Under the pieces are notes generated by a model that saw only the letters and a list, made by a program, of their open reading frames with translations, had not been told where the DNA came from and made no database searches. Shown in pieces: positions 15,133-24,156 of a stretch of 27,054 nt of DNA. Origin of the DNA: Deltaproteobacteria bacterium (lineage in GTDB: Bacteria > Desulfobacterota > Desulfuromonadia > Geobacterales > Geobacteraceae). The position numbers and the translations under genes are program-made. The stretch spans positions 1 through 27,054 of the forward strand of contig JAJZQA010000001.1 of the NCBI GenBank assembly GCA_021810985.1, given 5' to 3'. Positions within the stretch are counted from its first letter, which is position 1. Every line of letters starts with the position of its first letter.

Positions 15133-16056
15133 TCAGGGTGCTGACACCTCTACCACCGAACTGCTTTCACCGTTGGGGTTGATCACCTGCACGGTAAAAC
15201 TTTTCTCAGCCGAATCGTATGGGTGCCGTTGGTAGATAATCCTGTTGCAGTCCACGTAGATAACCTTTTCCCTTTCGACCGGATTCACCGCGGAGGCCGT
15301 CATGGATTTCCCTTCCACAACGACTTTTGAATTGCTCTGCAAATTCCGGCCTTCGATGATCAGGTCATAGTAGTTTACGTAATTCTCGCCTTGGATTATC
15401 CCGGTAATTTCGGGTTTTGAATCAATAAATAGCGCAAGAGCTGATGACAGGGTTCCGCCCGGATTCTTGACCTGTACGGTATGGAGACCGCTGGCAATCC
15501 GGGGTATGTGAATGGAAATGGTTTCAGCTGACTCGAAGCGGCTTTTGATTACCGCACCATCAAAGAGCACCTGCGAACTCGGCAGAAAATTATCCCCGCT
15601 GATCTGGACTACCCGTTCATTATCCGGGGTGCAGGCATAAATTTTGTCCGGCGTCAGGGAAGTGGCGGACGGTGTCCGGGGGGTCACGGAAAATCTGTAC
15701 CCCTTGCTGACTGTACCGTCTTCGCGTCGCACGAAGAGACCATAGAGGCCCGGCGCCAGATCCGGGATCTCAAAGCTGAGTTGTTTCGGTCCTTGAATGG
15801 TGGTTTGGGCTTCCAGCGGGCCAATCAAGACGTGGGTTCCAGCGCTGAATCCTGATCCGAAAAGCGTCACGCTCATTCCCGGCTCGGCCTGGGAAGGAAT
15901 GATGCTGAGAATCGTGACGGGAACGGTCCGTTCCTCGCGGTTTCCCGGCAGTTGTCCTTCCGCCGGGCCAGATAAGGTACTCAATAAAAATAACACCGCC
16001 AGTATTATCAGCGGAATAATCCCCAACTTGTCAGGTTTTCTCATTATTGCGTACAT
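15133..16056 (-). CDS. Exported IPT/TIG-repeat (Ig-like) protein
   Basis: GGAG RBS; signal or TM segment; three repeats of the type (P)xIxSIxP...G..VTLxGxxF (VTILSIIPSQAEPGMSVTLFGSGF; PSATSLTPD...VQISGDNF; PEITGIIQG...LIIEGRNL). Confidence 0.8.
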   Translation of the reverse strand: MYAIMRKPDKLGIIPLIILAVLFLLSTLSGPAEGQLPGNREERTVPVTILSIIPSQAEPGMSVTLFGSGFSAGTHVLIGPLEAQTTIQGPKQLSFEIPDLAPGLYGLFVRREDGTVSKGYRFSVTPRTPSATSLTPDKIYACTPDNERVVQISGDNFLPSSQVLFDGAVIKSRFESAETISIHIPRIASGLHTVQVKNPGGTLSSALALFIDSKPEITGIIQGENYVNYYDLIIEGRNLQSNSKVVVEGKSMTASAVNPVEREKVIYVDCNRIIYQRHPYDSAEKSFTVQVINPNGESSSVVEVSAP

Positions 16057-16197
16057 GGTTTTTTCTCCGTTTCATTCTGTCAGCTACCGTACTCTCAGAG
16101 TCCGAACCGGCTTTCCTGACAGTGGATGATAGGAATTGTCCGGTACAGCTAAGTGTACCAGCAATTGCGGCGGAGGGAATAGTCCTTCAACAGGCTG

Positions 16198-17871
16198 TTA
16201 ATACCGGTAACTCAGATCAACCTTGCCAATTTGATTGGTGCGGTTGATTCCTCCTGCCAAGTTCACATTATGGATCCGCTCCCAGCCATACATCAGCTGC
16301 AGGTCGATATCACCATGAATCGGGAGTTGCCAGAAAACGCGCAGCGCATTTTTGCGCTCGACGGCCTGAAGGGCGCCATTCGGGTCATAAGCGCCTGCCG
16401 GGTTTACGGTAACCCTGCCGAGGTTTCCTCTCTCGGTGTGAAGGTACTCCAGTGCCAGGTTGTTTCTGACCGAAAACCAGTGGCTGGCCCGAACAAAAAA
16501 CTCCTCAGCCGCCCCGCCTTGGGATGGCCCGATATTCATTCCCCGATACAGGTAACCCCCGGGAAAGGTGCCGCTGGTGGAAAGAATCGCATTGCCAAGA
16601 TAGTATTCCAACCGGAGGTCGTTTTTGCCGTCGGCCGTGAGGCAGGGGATAAAGATGCCGGCAACATAGCTTTCGACGATCGGCCAGAAGGCCGCGGTGT
16701 CCTCCCCGGAAAACTCGCCGTAGATTTCCGTATTTCTCAGAAAAGGCAGTCTTACCCGAAGATCCAGTCCGGCAACGCTGTTCGAGTTGTCACTGCTGGT
16801 GCCGCCAATGAGCCCGCGAAGCCAGTCCCCGAGAGAGTTGTTTACTCCCGGTCCGCCCTGCTGGCGACCCAGGTTGATGCCGAATTCGACGGTGTCATGC
16901 GGTTTAATGGCCAGCTTTGCACCAAGGAAGTACGGTTGTCTGGTTTTTCCGTCCGTCACGGTGGACTCGAAGCGGGAAAACATCAGGGAGTACTTTACCC
17001 AGCCCAGGTAGCGCTTCAGCCAGCCGATATCAAGCGGTTCCGGACTGGAGAGTTTCACCAGATCAAAATTTCTCGCATTATCTGAGAGGGTTATCGCGGT
17101 TCGAGACCCGGGCCCGAACCAGTTAGAATCCCTGCCGATCTCCAGTTCAAGGCCGCCGCCGCCGACTTTCAGATACCCCTTGTTCAACCTGCCTTGCGCG
17201 ACTCGATCCTTGAATGAATAGCTGAGATGTGGCTCGATGAGGGCAGCCGCGAATGAACCCAGATAGGCCTCGCCGCTGAAACGATACTCGACATTACTGC
17301 CCTTCCGGTAGCGGATTCCCTCATTATTCCCCAATAAAGGAGTCCCTTCCGTCCCATGCTGCCTGACGGGAGAGGGGTAGGGATTATCCGGACGCAATCC
17401 TGAGCCGATGCCGAATACGCCATCGCCACCCGGGTCGTGGACCGGCCGCTCATAGCTCCGGGGGACTCCATCGAGGTAGATATAGCGAATCCTTGCTGTG
17501 GAAAACGGATTGTAGTCAAAACGCGGAGCCTTTTCCTGCTCATTGCGCAGGGATACTTCGCGAGGGAGCAGATCGCGTACCCTGGTCAGGAGGCTGGAGG
17601 CAAAGTTGCGCGCGGCCTCGTTGTCGATGCCGGTCAGGTTGCTTTCCGCCTCAAGGGCCAGTCTGGCGGCTTCCGATTTTGAAAAAGGCCGAATTCCCTG
17701 GATGTTCGATGTAATAATGCCAAATCCGGCCAGTTTTTCCAGATATAGGTAGAGAGGACTATCGAGAGGGATGTTGTTCGATGCGAGTGCGAAGGCCCGG
17801 TTTGCGGGAAGGGAGAGGCAGGCGATGAACAGGATGAGGCCGCAAAAAGTGACTGCCGGGCGAGAAAACAT
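16198..17871 (-). CDS. wzi: Capsule assembly Wzi-family outer-membrane protein
   Basis: Signal peptide; LELEIGRDSNWFGPGSRTAITLSDNARNFDLVKLSS, YFLGAKLAIKP and TEIYGEFSGED match the Wzi pattern; C-terminal aromatic YRY. Confidence 0.82.
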   Translation of the reverse strand: MFSRPAVTFCGLILFIACLSLPANRAFALASNNIPLDSPLYLYLEKLAGFGIITSNIQGIRPFSKSEAARLALEAESNLTGIDNEAARNFASSLLTRVRDLLPREVSLRNEQEKAPRFDYNPFSTARIRYIYLDGVPRSYERPVHDPGGDGVFGIGSGLRPDNPYPSPVRQHGTEGTPLLGNNEGIRYRKGSNVEYRFSGEAYLGSFAAALIEPHLSYSFKDRVAQGRLNKGYLKVGGGGLELEIGRDSNWFGPGSRTAITLSDNARNFDLVKLSSPEPLDIGWLKRYLGWVKYSLMFSRFESTVTDGKTRQPYFLGAKLAIKPHDTVEFGINLGRQQGGPGVNNSLGDWLRGLIGGTSSDNSNSVAGLDLRVRLPFLRNTEIYGEFSGEDTAAFWPIVESYVAGIFIPCLTADGKNDLRLEYYLGNAILSTSGTFPGGYLYRGMNIGPSQGGAAEEFFVRASHWFSVRNNLALEYLHTERGNLGRVTVNPAGAYDPNGALQAVERKNALRVFWQLPIHGDIDLQLMYGWERIHNVNLAGGINRTNQIGKVDLSYRY

Positions 17872-17922
17872 TTTTCACCTGAGAGAGATGGAATTTTAGC
17901 TGCCGTCAATGGCGAGATTCTG

Positions 17923-19863
17923 TTATGAAACCGGCTGTCGTAGTGGGATAATTCTTGCGGGTTGTGCACCATCCTTCATTTTTATGCTTTGGCCGGCGGA
18001 AATGGCGTGTTGGTGCCGCTCAGCCGGGTACTGGTGCTGTTGGGATGGTGTGAACTCCATGACGAGGCGACGAAGTGCAATGACCATTCCTTGAATATCA
18101 TGCGTTTCAGCCAGGTGGAACAACTGGGCAAGTTCGGCTGAAAAGCTTTCCGAATCCGCGGCGGCAGAAGCCGCAATCTTGATCTTCCTGTGGGAGGTCT
18201 CCCTGACCCCTTCCTCTTTTGTCAGAAGTTCTTCAAAGAGTTTTTCCCCCGGGCGCAGACCGGTAAATACAATATCAATATCCTTATTGGGAATCAACCC
18301 AGAAAGCCTGATCAAATGTTCGGCAAGATCAAGGATCCGGACCGGGTCTCCCATCTCGAGCAGGAATATTTCTCCTCCCTGGCCAAGGCAGCCTGCCTGC
18401 AGCACCAATTGCGCAGCCTCGGGAATGGTCATGAAATATCTGATAACCTCGGGATCGGTAACGGTTACCGGCCCGCCTTTTCTGATTTGTTCCAGGAAAA
18501 TGGGAATAACGCTGCCGCTGCTTCCGAGCACATTTCCGAAGCGGACCGTAGTGAATTTTGTGGAGCTTTTCTTGGCTAATGACTGGATATAGATTTCCGC
18601 GACGCGTTTTGAGGCACCCATGATATTGGTCGGATTTACCGCTTTGTCGGATGAGATCATGACGAAACTGGAGACACCTGCCTTGTCGGCTGCGTCGGCC
18701 AGAACTTTGGTTCCCCTGCAGTTGTTCAATACCGCTTGGGTGGGATTGTGTTCGAGCAAGGAAACGTGTTTGTAGGCTGCCGCATGGAAGACCACGTCAG
18801 GTTTATAGTGGGAGAATACCGCATCGATTTTGTCTCGGCTCCTTATATCCCCGAGAACAGGAATGATAGTCACTTTGGGATGGCGTGCCGCCAGTTCCCG
18901 GTCGATATAAAAGAGCGGGGTCTCGGCCTTGTCAAGCAGGATCAGTTTTCTGGGATCGAACTCAACGATCTGGCGGCAAATTTCACTGCCGATACTGCCG
19001 GCCGCACCGGAAACCAGGACAGTTTTGCCCTGCAGGTAGTGCCGGATTCCGGATTTATCCAGTGTGACGGGCTCTCTGCCGAGAAGGTCCTCCAGTTCCA
19101 CATCCCGAATCTGGTTCGCCAATACCTTGCAGTTGATGATGTCGCTGATTGCCGGAAGGATTTTGACGCGGGCGCCGGTCTTATTGCAGTTCTCGATCAT
19201 TTTTCGCAAAGCAAATCCCCGCACCGACGGCACGGCCACGATCAGATCTTCGATGCCATGCTTGCGCACAAGCTCCTGCAATTGGTCCTGTTTGCCCAGC
19301 ACCGGTACAGTGCCAAGAATCATGCCCCTTTTACTCTCGTCATCGTCGACGAATCCGACAATGTTGTATTCAGGTGCCTGCTGTCTGCCGATTTCCGTCA
19401 GGAGCAGGCGACCCGCATCGCCTGCTCCCAGGATCAGGGTTCTGTGTCCGGTATTTCTGGTGGAAGTGAAGATGTGTTCCCGGTACAGCCGCCAGGCCAG
19501 GCGGCTCGATGCTGTCAGAAAAAGGAGGATCAGCCAGTCGATGAGGATGATTGAACGGGGGAAATGATCAAAATACTGAAAAAAAGTAAGAAAAAACGAG
19601 GAGCCAAGGGATGCGACGCTAACCACTTTGAAAATTTCGACGGCGTCCCGTACTGAAGCGTAGCGCCATAACTTTCGGTAAAAGCCCATGGAAAGAAACG
19701 CCAGGGGTTTAATAACCGCGACTATACAAAGTCCTTTCCAGAAGATCGCACCGTACGCGGGTGGGATGAAAAAATCGAAGCGGAAAAGAAAGGAGAGAGT
19801 GTATGCCAAGACGATTAAGGCTGTGTCAATTATAATCAGCATCAATACTTTCTGGAACGACAC
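17923..19863 (-). CDS. Polysaccharide biosynthesis nucleoside-diphosphate sugar dehydratase (CapD/WbpM/PglF family)
   Basis: GTG 19863 with AGGAGG RBS (the track start at 20151 runs through promoter DNA). Four N-terminal TMs, ILGAGDAG, VEDLLGR-like ELEDLLGREP, GAAGSIGSE, HAAAYKHV, ISSDKAVNPTNIMGASK, RFGNVLGSSGSV, GLRPGEKLFEEL. Confidence 0.93.
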   Translation of the reverse strand: MSFQKVLMLIIIDTALIVLAYTLSFLFRFDFFIPPAYGAIFWKGLCIVAVIKPLAFLSMGFYRKLWRYASVRDAVEIFKVVSVASLGSSFFLTFFQYFDHFPRSIILIDWLILLFLTASSRLAWRLYREHIFTSTRNTGHRTLILGAGDAGRLLLTEIGRQQAPEYNIVGFVDDDESKRGMILGTVPVLGKQDQLQELVRKHGIEDLIVAVPSVRGFALRKMIENCNKTGARVKILPAISDIINCKVLANQIRDVELEDLLGREPVTLDKSGIRHYLQGKTVLVSGAAGSIGSEICRQIVEFDPRKLILLDKAETPLFYIDRELAARHPKVTIIPVLGDIRSRDKIDAVFSHYKPDVVFHAAAYKHVSLLEHNPTQAVLNNCRGTKVLADAADKAGVSSFVMISSDKAVNPTNIMGASKRVAEIYIQSLAKKSSTKFTTVRFGNVLGSSGSVIPIFLEQIRKGGPVTVTDPEVIRYFMTIPEAAQLVLQAGCLGQGGEIFLLEMGDPVRILDLAEHLIRLSGLIPNKDIDIVFTGLRPGEKLFEELLTKEEGVRETSHRKIKIAASAAADSESFSAELAQLFHLAETHDIQGMVIALRRLVMEFTPSQQHQYPAERHQHAISAGQSIKMKDGAQPARIIPLRQPVS

Positions 19864-20064
19864 GGCTCCTCCTTGGCGGTTGGGCAGGGTAGAAAACAGT
19901 ATGGAATCTGCTGAAAACCTATTTGTTTCGCAAATTTGAATGACAGGGTAACGATATTGTCTTGAAATAGTAACATTATATAAACAAATTACGAGAACTT
20001 TTTTTCCGGGCTTTCGTGGGCAAATGGCCCTAAAGGAAATTTGTCGATAAATTTTTCCCTGTCC

Positions 20065-20093
20065 TCGACAGTATTGAGTTTTTAGCATATAAT
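20065..20093 (+). promoter_or_regulatory. Sigma70 promoter for the wza-wzz-beta-helix block
   Basis: TCGACA (20065-20070), 17 nt, TATAAT (20088-20093), about 100 nt before TTG 20193, which has AGGAG at 20181-20185. Confidence 0.7.
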
Positions 20094-20192
20094 ATTTTTT
20101 CCAATTGACAATGCCTTTATCAATATATTCAGCACTCACATTTATTTGCATACCGGTAAGTAATTGAAAACTGACACCACAGGAGACCGCCC

Positions 20193-22781
20193 TTGAAAAA
20201 AGGAAGTGTGATTTTCATCCTTGCTTTTTGCTGCATGTACCTGGTTGTTTCAAAAGATTGGCGTGTATTTGCTGAAGTTCTGCCCGACTCACCCCCGACC
20301 CGTACGGTGGTGCCTGCCTATTCCCCCCCGAACAAATCCGCAGTTTTTCAGTCCCTCTCTTCAGCGAGATCCTCCCAAAGGGATTCATCCGGATTAGCCG
20401 CAACGAGAAAGCTTCCCGGGTCGCTGAAGGAAAAAATCCGTTCCGACGAAGAAAGACAGTCTAATTTGACCGACGAAGGATCGGTGCCAAAAGGAACGGA
20501 TGATATTTCGCCCATCGAGCAGTCTCTCCTGACTGAAGAAACCACCAAAGACAACTCCCGTCCCCTGCCATACCAGGTAAAGCGCCTGAACCAGTTCGGC
20601 TACAATTTTTTTAAGCCAAGCGAGGGGGGCTTTTCTCCGCTCACCGATATTCCGGTCGGGGCCGAGTATGTTGTTGGCCCGGGAGACAAGCTGATCATCA
20701 ATCTTTGGGGGAGTGTCGAGGGAACCTATGAGTTGGATGTTAATCGCAGTGGGGAAATTTTCCTTCCGCGAGTCGGGAGCGTCAAGGTCTGGGGTGTTTC
20801 TTTCGGTGAACTGCCGAATCTTCTGAAAAGCAATCTGGCGAAAATCTATAAGGATTTCGGTCTGAACGTGACGATGGGCAAACTCCGGGTCGTCAAAGTC
20901 TATGTGGTGGGTGAGGTCCGGGCACCCGGCGATTATAACCTGAGTTCCCTTTCGACGCTGATAAATGCCCTCAGTGCCGCGGGCGGGCCGCTGAAAACCG
21001 GATCCCTTCGCTCGATCCAGATCAAACGGGCCGGGAAGGTGGTGGACACGGTCGACCTGTACGACTTTTTTCTCTCCGGTGACAAAAGCAGAGATATCCG
21101 CCTGCAGTCCGGTGATACGATATTCGTCCCCGTGATCGGCCGGGTGGCGGGAATTTCCGGCAACGTGAAGAGACCCGCCATCTATGAACTCAAAAACGAG
21201 GAGAATCTTGCCGACCTGATCGGACTTGCGGAAGGATTTCTTCCGACCGGCTACCTGCAGCGGGTCCAGCTTTCCCGGGTGCAAGCCCACGAGAAGAGGG
21301 TGGTCTCCGATTTTAGCCTGGACCCGAAGGTTGACGGGAAGACGCTGGAAGAGTTGATGAAGGCGATAAAAATCCAGGATATGGATCTGGTGAAGATCTT
21401 TCCCATCGACAAAACCCTGCGTGACCATGTCAGACTTTCCGGGTATGTGCTCCGGCCGGGAGACTATGCCTTGAAGCCCGGCATGCGGGTGAGCGATCTT
21501 CTGCCGCAGGACAACCTTCTTCCCGAGTATTACCGGGAGGCTGCCGAAATTACACGACTCTATCCCCCGGATTATCACCCGGAAAAACTGTTCATCAATC
21601 TTGCCAAGGCTTTAGCCGGAGAGCCGAATTATAATCTGGAATTGCAGGAATTCGACGAGCTCAAGGTATTTTCCCGCTGGGAGATGGAAGAAATGCCCAG
21701 GGTGTGGGTGAATGGCGAAGTGCAAAATCCCGGAGAATATCGACTCTTTGAAAATATGACGGTACGCGATCTCCTCCTGGCGGCGGGGAACCTGAAGATA
21801 ACCGCCTATCGCAAGTTTGCCGAATTGAGCCGCATCAAGCAGACCGGCGAAACGGTCGCGTCATACCCCCTTACCATCAATCTTGAAGAGGCGCTGAAAG
21901 GGAGCGAAAAGGACAATGTAACCCTCCTTCCTTTTGATGAGTTGAGCGTCAGAAAGATCCCCAACTGGGTCGAGGAGTTGGACCGGCATGTAACGCTCAG
22001 CGGAGAGGTGAAATTCCCCGGTACCTATCCCATCTACAAGGGGGAAAAGCTGAGTTCCATAATCGAAAGGGCGGGCGGCTTTACTGAAAGTGCCTACCTG
22101 CAAGGCGCAAAATTTACCCGGGAATCGGTGCGGGAGACCCAGCAGAAGCGGATGGACGAGGTAATAGCACGGACTGAACAGGAGATATTGAAAAAACAGG
22201 GAGAGCTGGCTGCGCTGGCAGCGTCCAAGGAGGAGCTGGAAGCAACCAAGGCTTCACTGGAAGGATTGCAGAAAGGTCTGAATAAACTCAAGTCGGCAAA
22301 AGCGGAAGGTCGTATGGTGCTCCAACTCGCCCAGTTGCCCGAGTTTGCGAAGAGTGAATATAATGTTGAAGTGATGGGCGGCGATACACTGCAGGTGCCG
22401 AAGACGCCGAGTGAAGTCACCGTACTGGGGCAGGTCTATAATCCCACCTCTCTTGTCTATATGCAGGGCAAAAGCGCGTCCTACTATCTGAGCAAGTCCG
22501 GGGGAGCTACGCGAGATGCGGAAGAAGATGATATGTACATCGTCAAGGCCGATGGTACGGTTGTCAGCAGGCATCAGACGTCATTAGGTTTCAACTGGAA
22601 CGACGATACCAAATCCTGGTACTTCGGCTCATTCCTTTCCACCCAAATGCAGCCGGGTGATACCCTGGTCGTGCCGCAAAAGCTGGAGCGCACCGCCTGG
22701 ATGCGGGAAATAAAGGATATTGCCTCCATCCTTGGCAATATTGCGCTTACCGCCGGGGTGATTATTGCGGCCGGGCTGTAA
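20193..22781 (+). CDS. wza: Large polysaccharide export protein with multiple SLBB repeats (Wza/KpsD-like)
   Basis: EYVVGPGDKLIINLWG Poly_export motif; repeated SLBB units (VYVVGEVRAPG, ISGNVKRPAIY, LSGYVLRPGDY, VNGEVQNPGEY, LSGEVKFPGTY, VLGQVYNP); C-terminal amphipathic helix WMREIKDIASILGNIALTAG. Confidence 0.88.
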   Translation: MKKGSVIFILAFCCMYLVVSKDWRVFAEVLPDSPPTRTVVPAYSPPNKSAVFQSLSSARSSQRDSSGLAATRKLPGSLKEKIRSDEERQSNLTDEGSVPKGTDDISPIEQSLLTEETTKDNSRPLPYQVKRLNQFGYNFFKPSEGGFSPLTDIPVGAEYVVGPGDKLIINLWGSVEGTYELDVNRSGEIFLPRVGSVKVWGVSFGELPNLLKSNLAKIYKDFGLNVTMGKLRVVKVYVVGEVRAPGDYNLSSLSTLINALSAAGGPLKTGSLRSIQIKRAGKVVDTVDLYDFFLSGDKSRDIRLQSGDTIFVPVIGRVAGISGNVKRPAIYELKNEENLADLIGLAEGFLPTGYLQRVQLSRVQAHEKRVVSDFSLDPKVDGKTLEELMKAIKIQDMDLVKIFPIDKTLRDHVRLSGYVLRPGDYALKPGMRVSDLLPQDNLLPEYYREAAEITRLYPPDYHPEKLFINLAKALAGEPNYNLELQEFDELKVFSRWEMEEMPRVWVNGEVQNPGEYRLFENMTVRDLLLAAGNLKITAYRKFAELSRIKQTGETVASYPLTINLEEALKGSEKDNVTLLPFDELSVRKIPNWVEELDRHVTLSGEVKFPGTYPIYKGEKLSSIIERAGGFTESAYLQGAKFTRESVRETQQKRMDEVIARTEQEILKKQGELAALAASKEELEATKASLEGLQKGLNKLKSAKAEGRMVLQLAQLPEFAKSEYNVEVMGGDTLQVPKTPSEVTVLGQVYNPTSLVYMQGKSASYYLSKSGGATRDAEEDDMYIVKADGTVVSRHQTSLGFNWNDDTKSWYFGSFLSTQMQPGDTLVVPQKLERTAWMREIKDIASILGNIALTAGVIIAAGL

Positions 22782-22884
22782 AAGAAAGTGAGTGGCATGA
22801 GGCGCAAGTTGCGGTTTCCCGCCTTGCTTCCCGAACATCGTATTTATAACTCTTGACACTCGATCATGAAATACAGGAGTTGCA

Positions 22885-24120
22885 ATGCATCACACGGAAA
22901 ATTCCAACCCCGAACCTCAAGCCTTAAACTCAAGTCCCACCTCTCCCGGTTTGCTTGATTATCTGACCGTTATTTTCAAGCATCGGCGGATGATATTCCG
23001 CAACACTCTCGCCGTAGCAATCATCACAACGATTTACACTCTTTTATTGCCTAACATCTATACTGCCAAAACCCTGATTCTTCCAAATCAGGAAGACAAG
23101 GGGATGATGTCGGCCATGATGGGTCAGTTGGGCGGATTGGCGGTCCTTGCAGGAGGTGTGGGGGCTTCAATTGGTGGGCCGACTACGGCCGAACTCTATG
23201 TGAGCATGCTGAAAAGCGAGGCGGTTAAAGATCCCGTTATCGAAAAATTTGGACTCATGAAATTGTACTCTGCGAAATACCGCGTAGATGCCTACGCACT
23301 TCTCGATAAGAAAACATTGGTTTCGGCCGGGAAGAAAGACGGGATTATTTCAATTTCCGTCAGTGACAAGGACCCCAAGCTTGCAGCCGCGATGGCCAAT
23401 TCTTATGTTGAAGAACTGGCTCGCCTTGCTTTTCGCCTTAATGTTACTGGTGCTGGCCAGAATCGCACCTTCTTGGAAGATAGGCTTATAACGGCTAAAG
23501 CAGATCTTGCAAGAAGTGAGGATAATCTCAAGTCTTTTCAGGCAAAAAACAAGGCAGTCAACGTGACCGCTCAGGCAGAAGCCGCTATTAAGGGGGTTGC
23601 CGAACTGAGAGCCCAGCTTGCAGTTCAAGAGGTCCAGCTTGCGACCTACCGGCGTCAATATACCGATTCGAGTCAGGAAGTGAAAAACCTTGACACTTCA
23701 GTCAGCAATCTCAGGAGGCAAATTGCAAAACTGGAGGGTGCAGATGGAAACAGTGCCATTCCTTCCGTCGGTTCGGTACCGGCCATTGGCCAGGAATATG
23801 TAAGGCTTATGCGAGAGTTTAAGATCCAGGAGTCTCTCGTGGAGTTGCTAACTAAGCAGTATGAAATGGCGAAACTTTCAGAGGCGAAGGATATTTCCCC
23901 ATTTCAGGTAATCCAGTCGGCCAAAGTTCCCGAGAGAAAAAGTAAACCTGCGAGGTCCAAAATAGTGCTTGTTTGGACTTTTGTAGCTTTCATAACTACT
24001 GTTATTTGCACATTTTTTTTGGAAAACATCGAGAAAATGACGGATCGGAACAAGGACCTGTGGATTGAAACTAAAAAAATATTTTCATTTTGGAAGAAGT
24101 TCAAAAATCAGAACAAATAA
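22885..24120 (+). CDS. wzz: Polysaccharide chain-length determinant/co-polymerase (Wzz/GumC-like, no kinase domain)
   Basis: AGGAG RBS; GLLDYLTVIFKHRRMI, TM, LPNIYTAKTLILP, long coiled coil, FQVIQSAKVPERKSKPARSKIVL and a second TM. No Walker A kinase domain follows. Confidence 0.85.
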   Translation: MHHTENSNPEPQALNSSPTSPGLLDYLTVIFKHRRMIFRNTLAVAIITTIYTLLLPNIYTAKTLILPNQEDKGMMSAMMGQLGGLAVLAGGVGASIGGPTTAELYVSMLKSEAVKDPVIEKFGLMKLYSAKYRVDAYALLDKKTLVSAGKKDGIISISVSDKDPKLAAAMANSYVEELARLAFRLNVTGAGQNRTFLEDRLITAKADLARSEDNLKSFQAKNKAVNVTAQAEAAIKGVAELRAQLAVQEVQLATYRRQYTDSSQEVKNLDTSVSNLRRQIAKLEGADGNSAIPSVGSVPAIGQEYVRLMREFKIQESLVELLTKQYEMAKLSEAKDISPFQVIQSAKVPERKSKPARSKIVLVWTFVAFITTVICTFFLENIEKMTDRNKDLWIETKKIFSFWKKFKNQNK

Positions 24121-24156
24121 CTTTGAATTGCCGTATATTTAAAAAGAGAGATCGTT

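Noticed and set aside
18736-19554. 272-aa plus-strand ORF, and other long ORFs opposite capD, gspE and wzi (12440..13087, 16231..17085)
   Set aside because: Antisense shadows of well-supported genes.
20094-20192. RfaH ops/JUMPstart element in the capsule leader; the TTGACA at 20105-20110 as a second promoter
   Set aside because: No GGCGGTAG-like sequence, and no -10 box at a proper spacing after this TTGACA on the plus strand.
20394-21578. 394-aa minus-strand ORF
   Set aside because: Antisense shadow of the Wza-like gene; no family features.
22804-22827. Bulged hairpin GCAAG-tt-GCGG-tttc-CCGC-CTTGC between wza and wzz
   Set aside because: No U-tract; cannot be called a terminator. It may be an mRNA stability element.
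24013-24020. T8 run near the 3' end of wzz (also an A8 on the coding strand at 13929-13936)
   Set aside because: Runs of 8 are short for phase variation, and both frames are intact.
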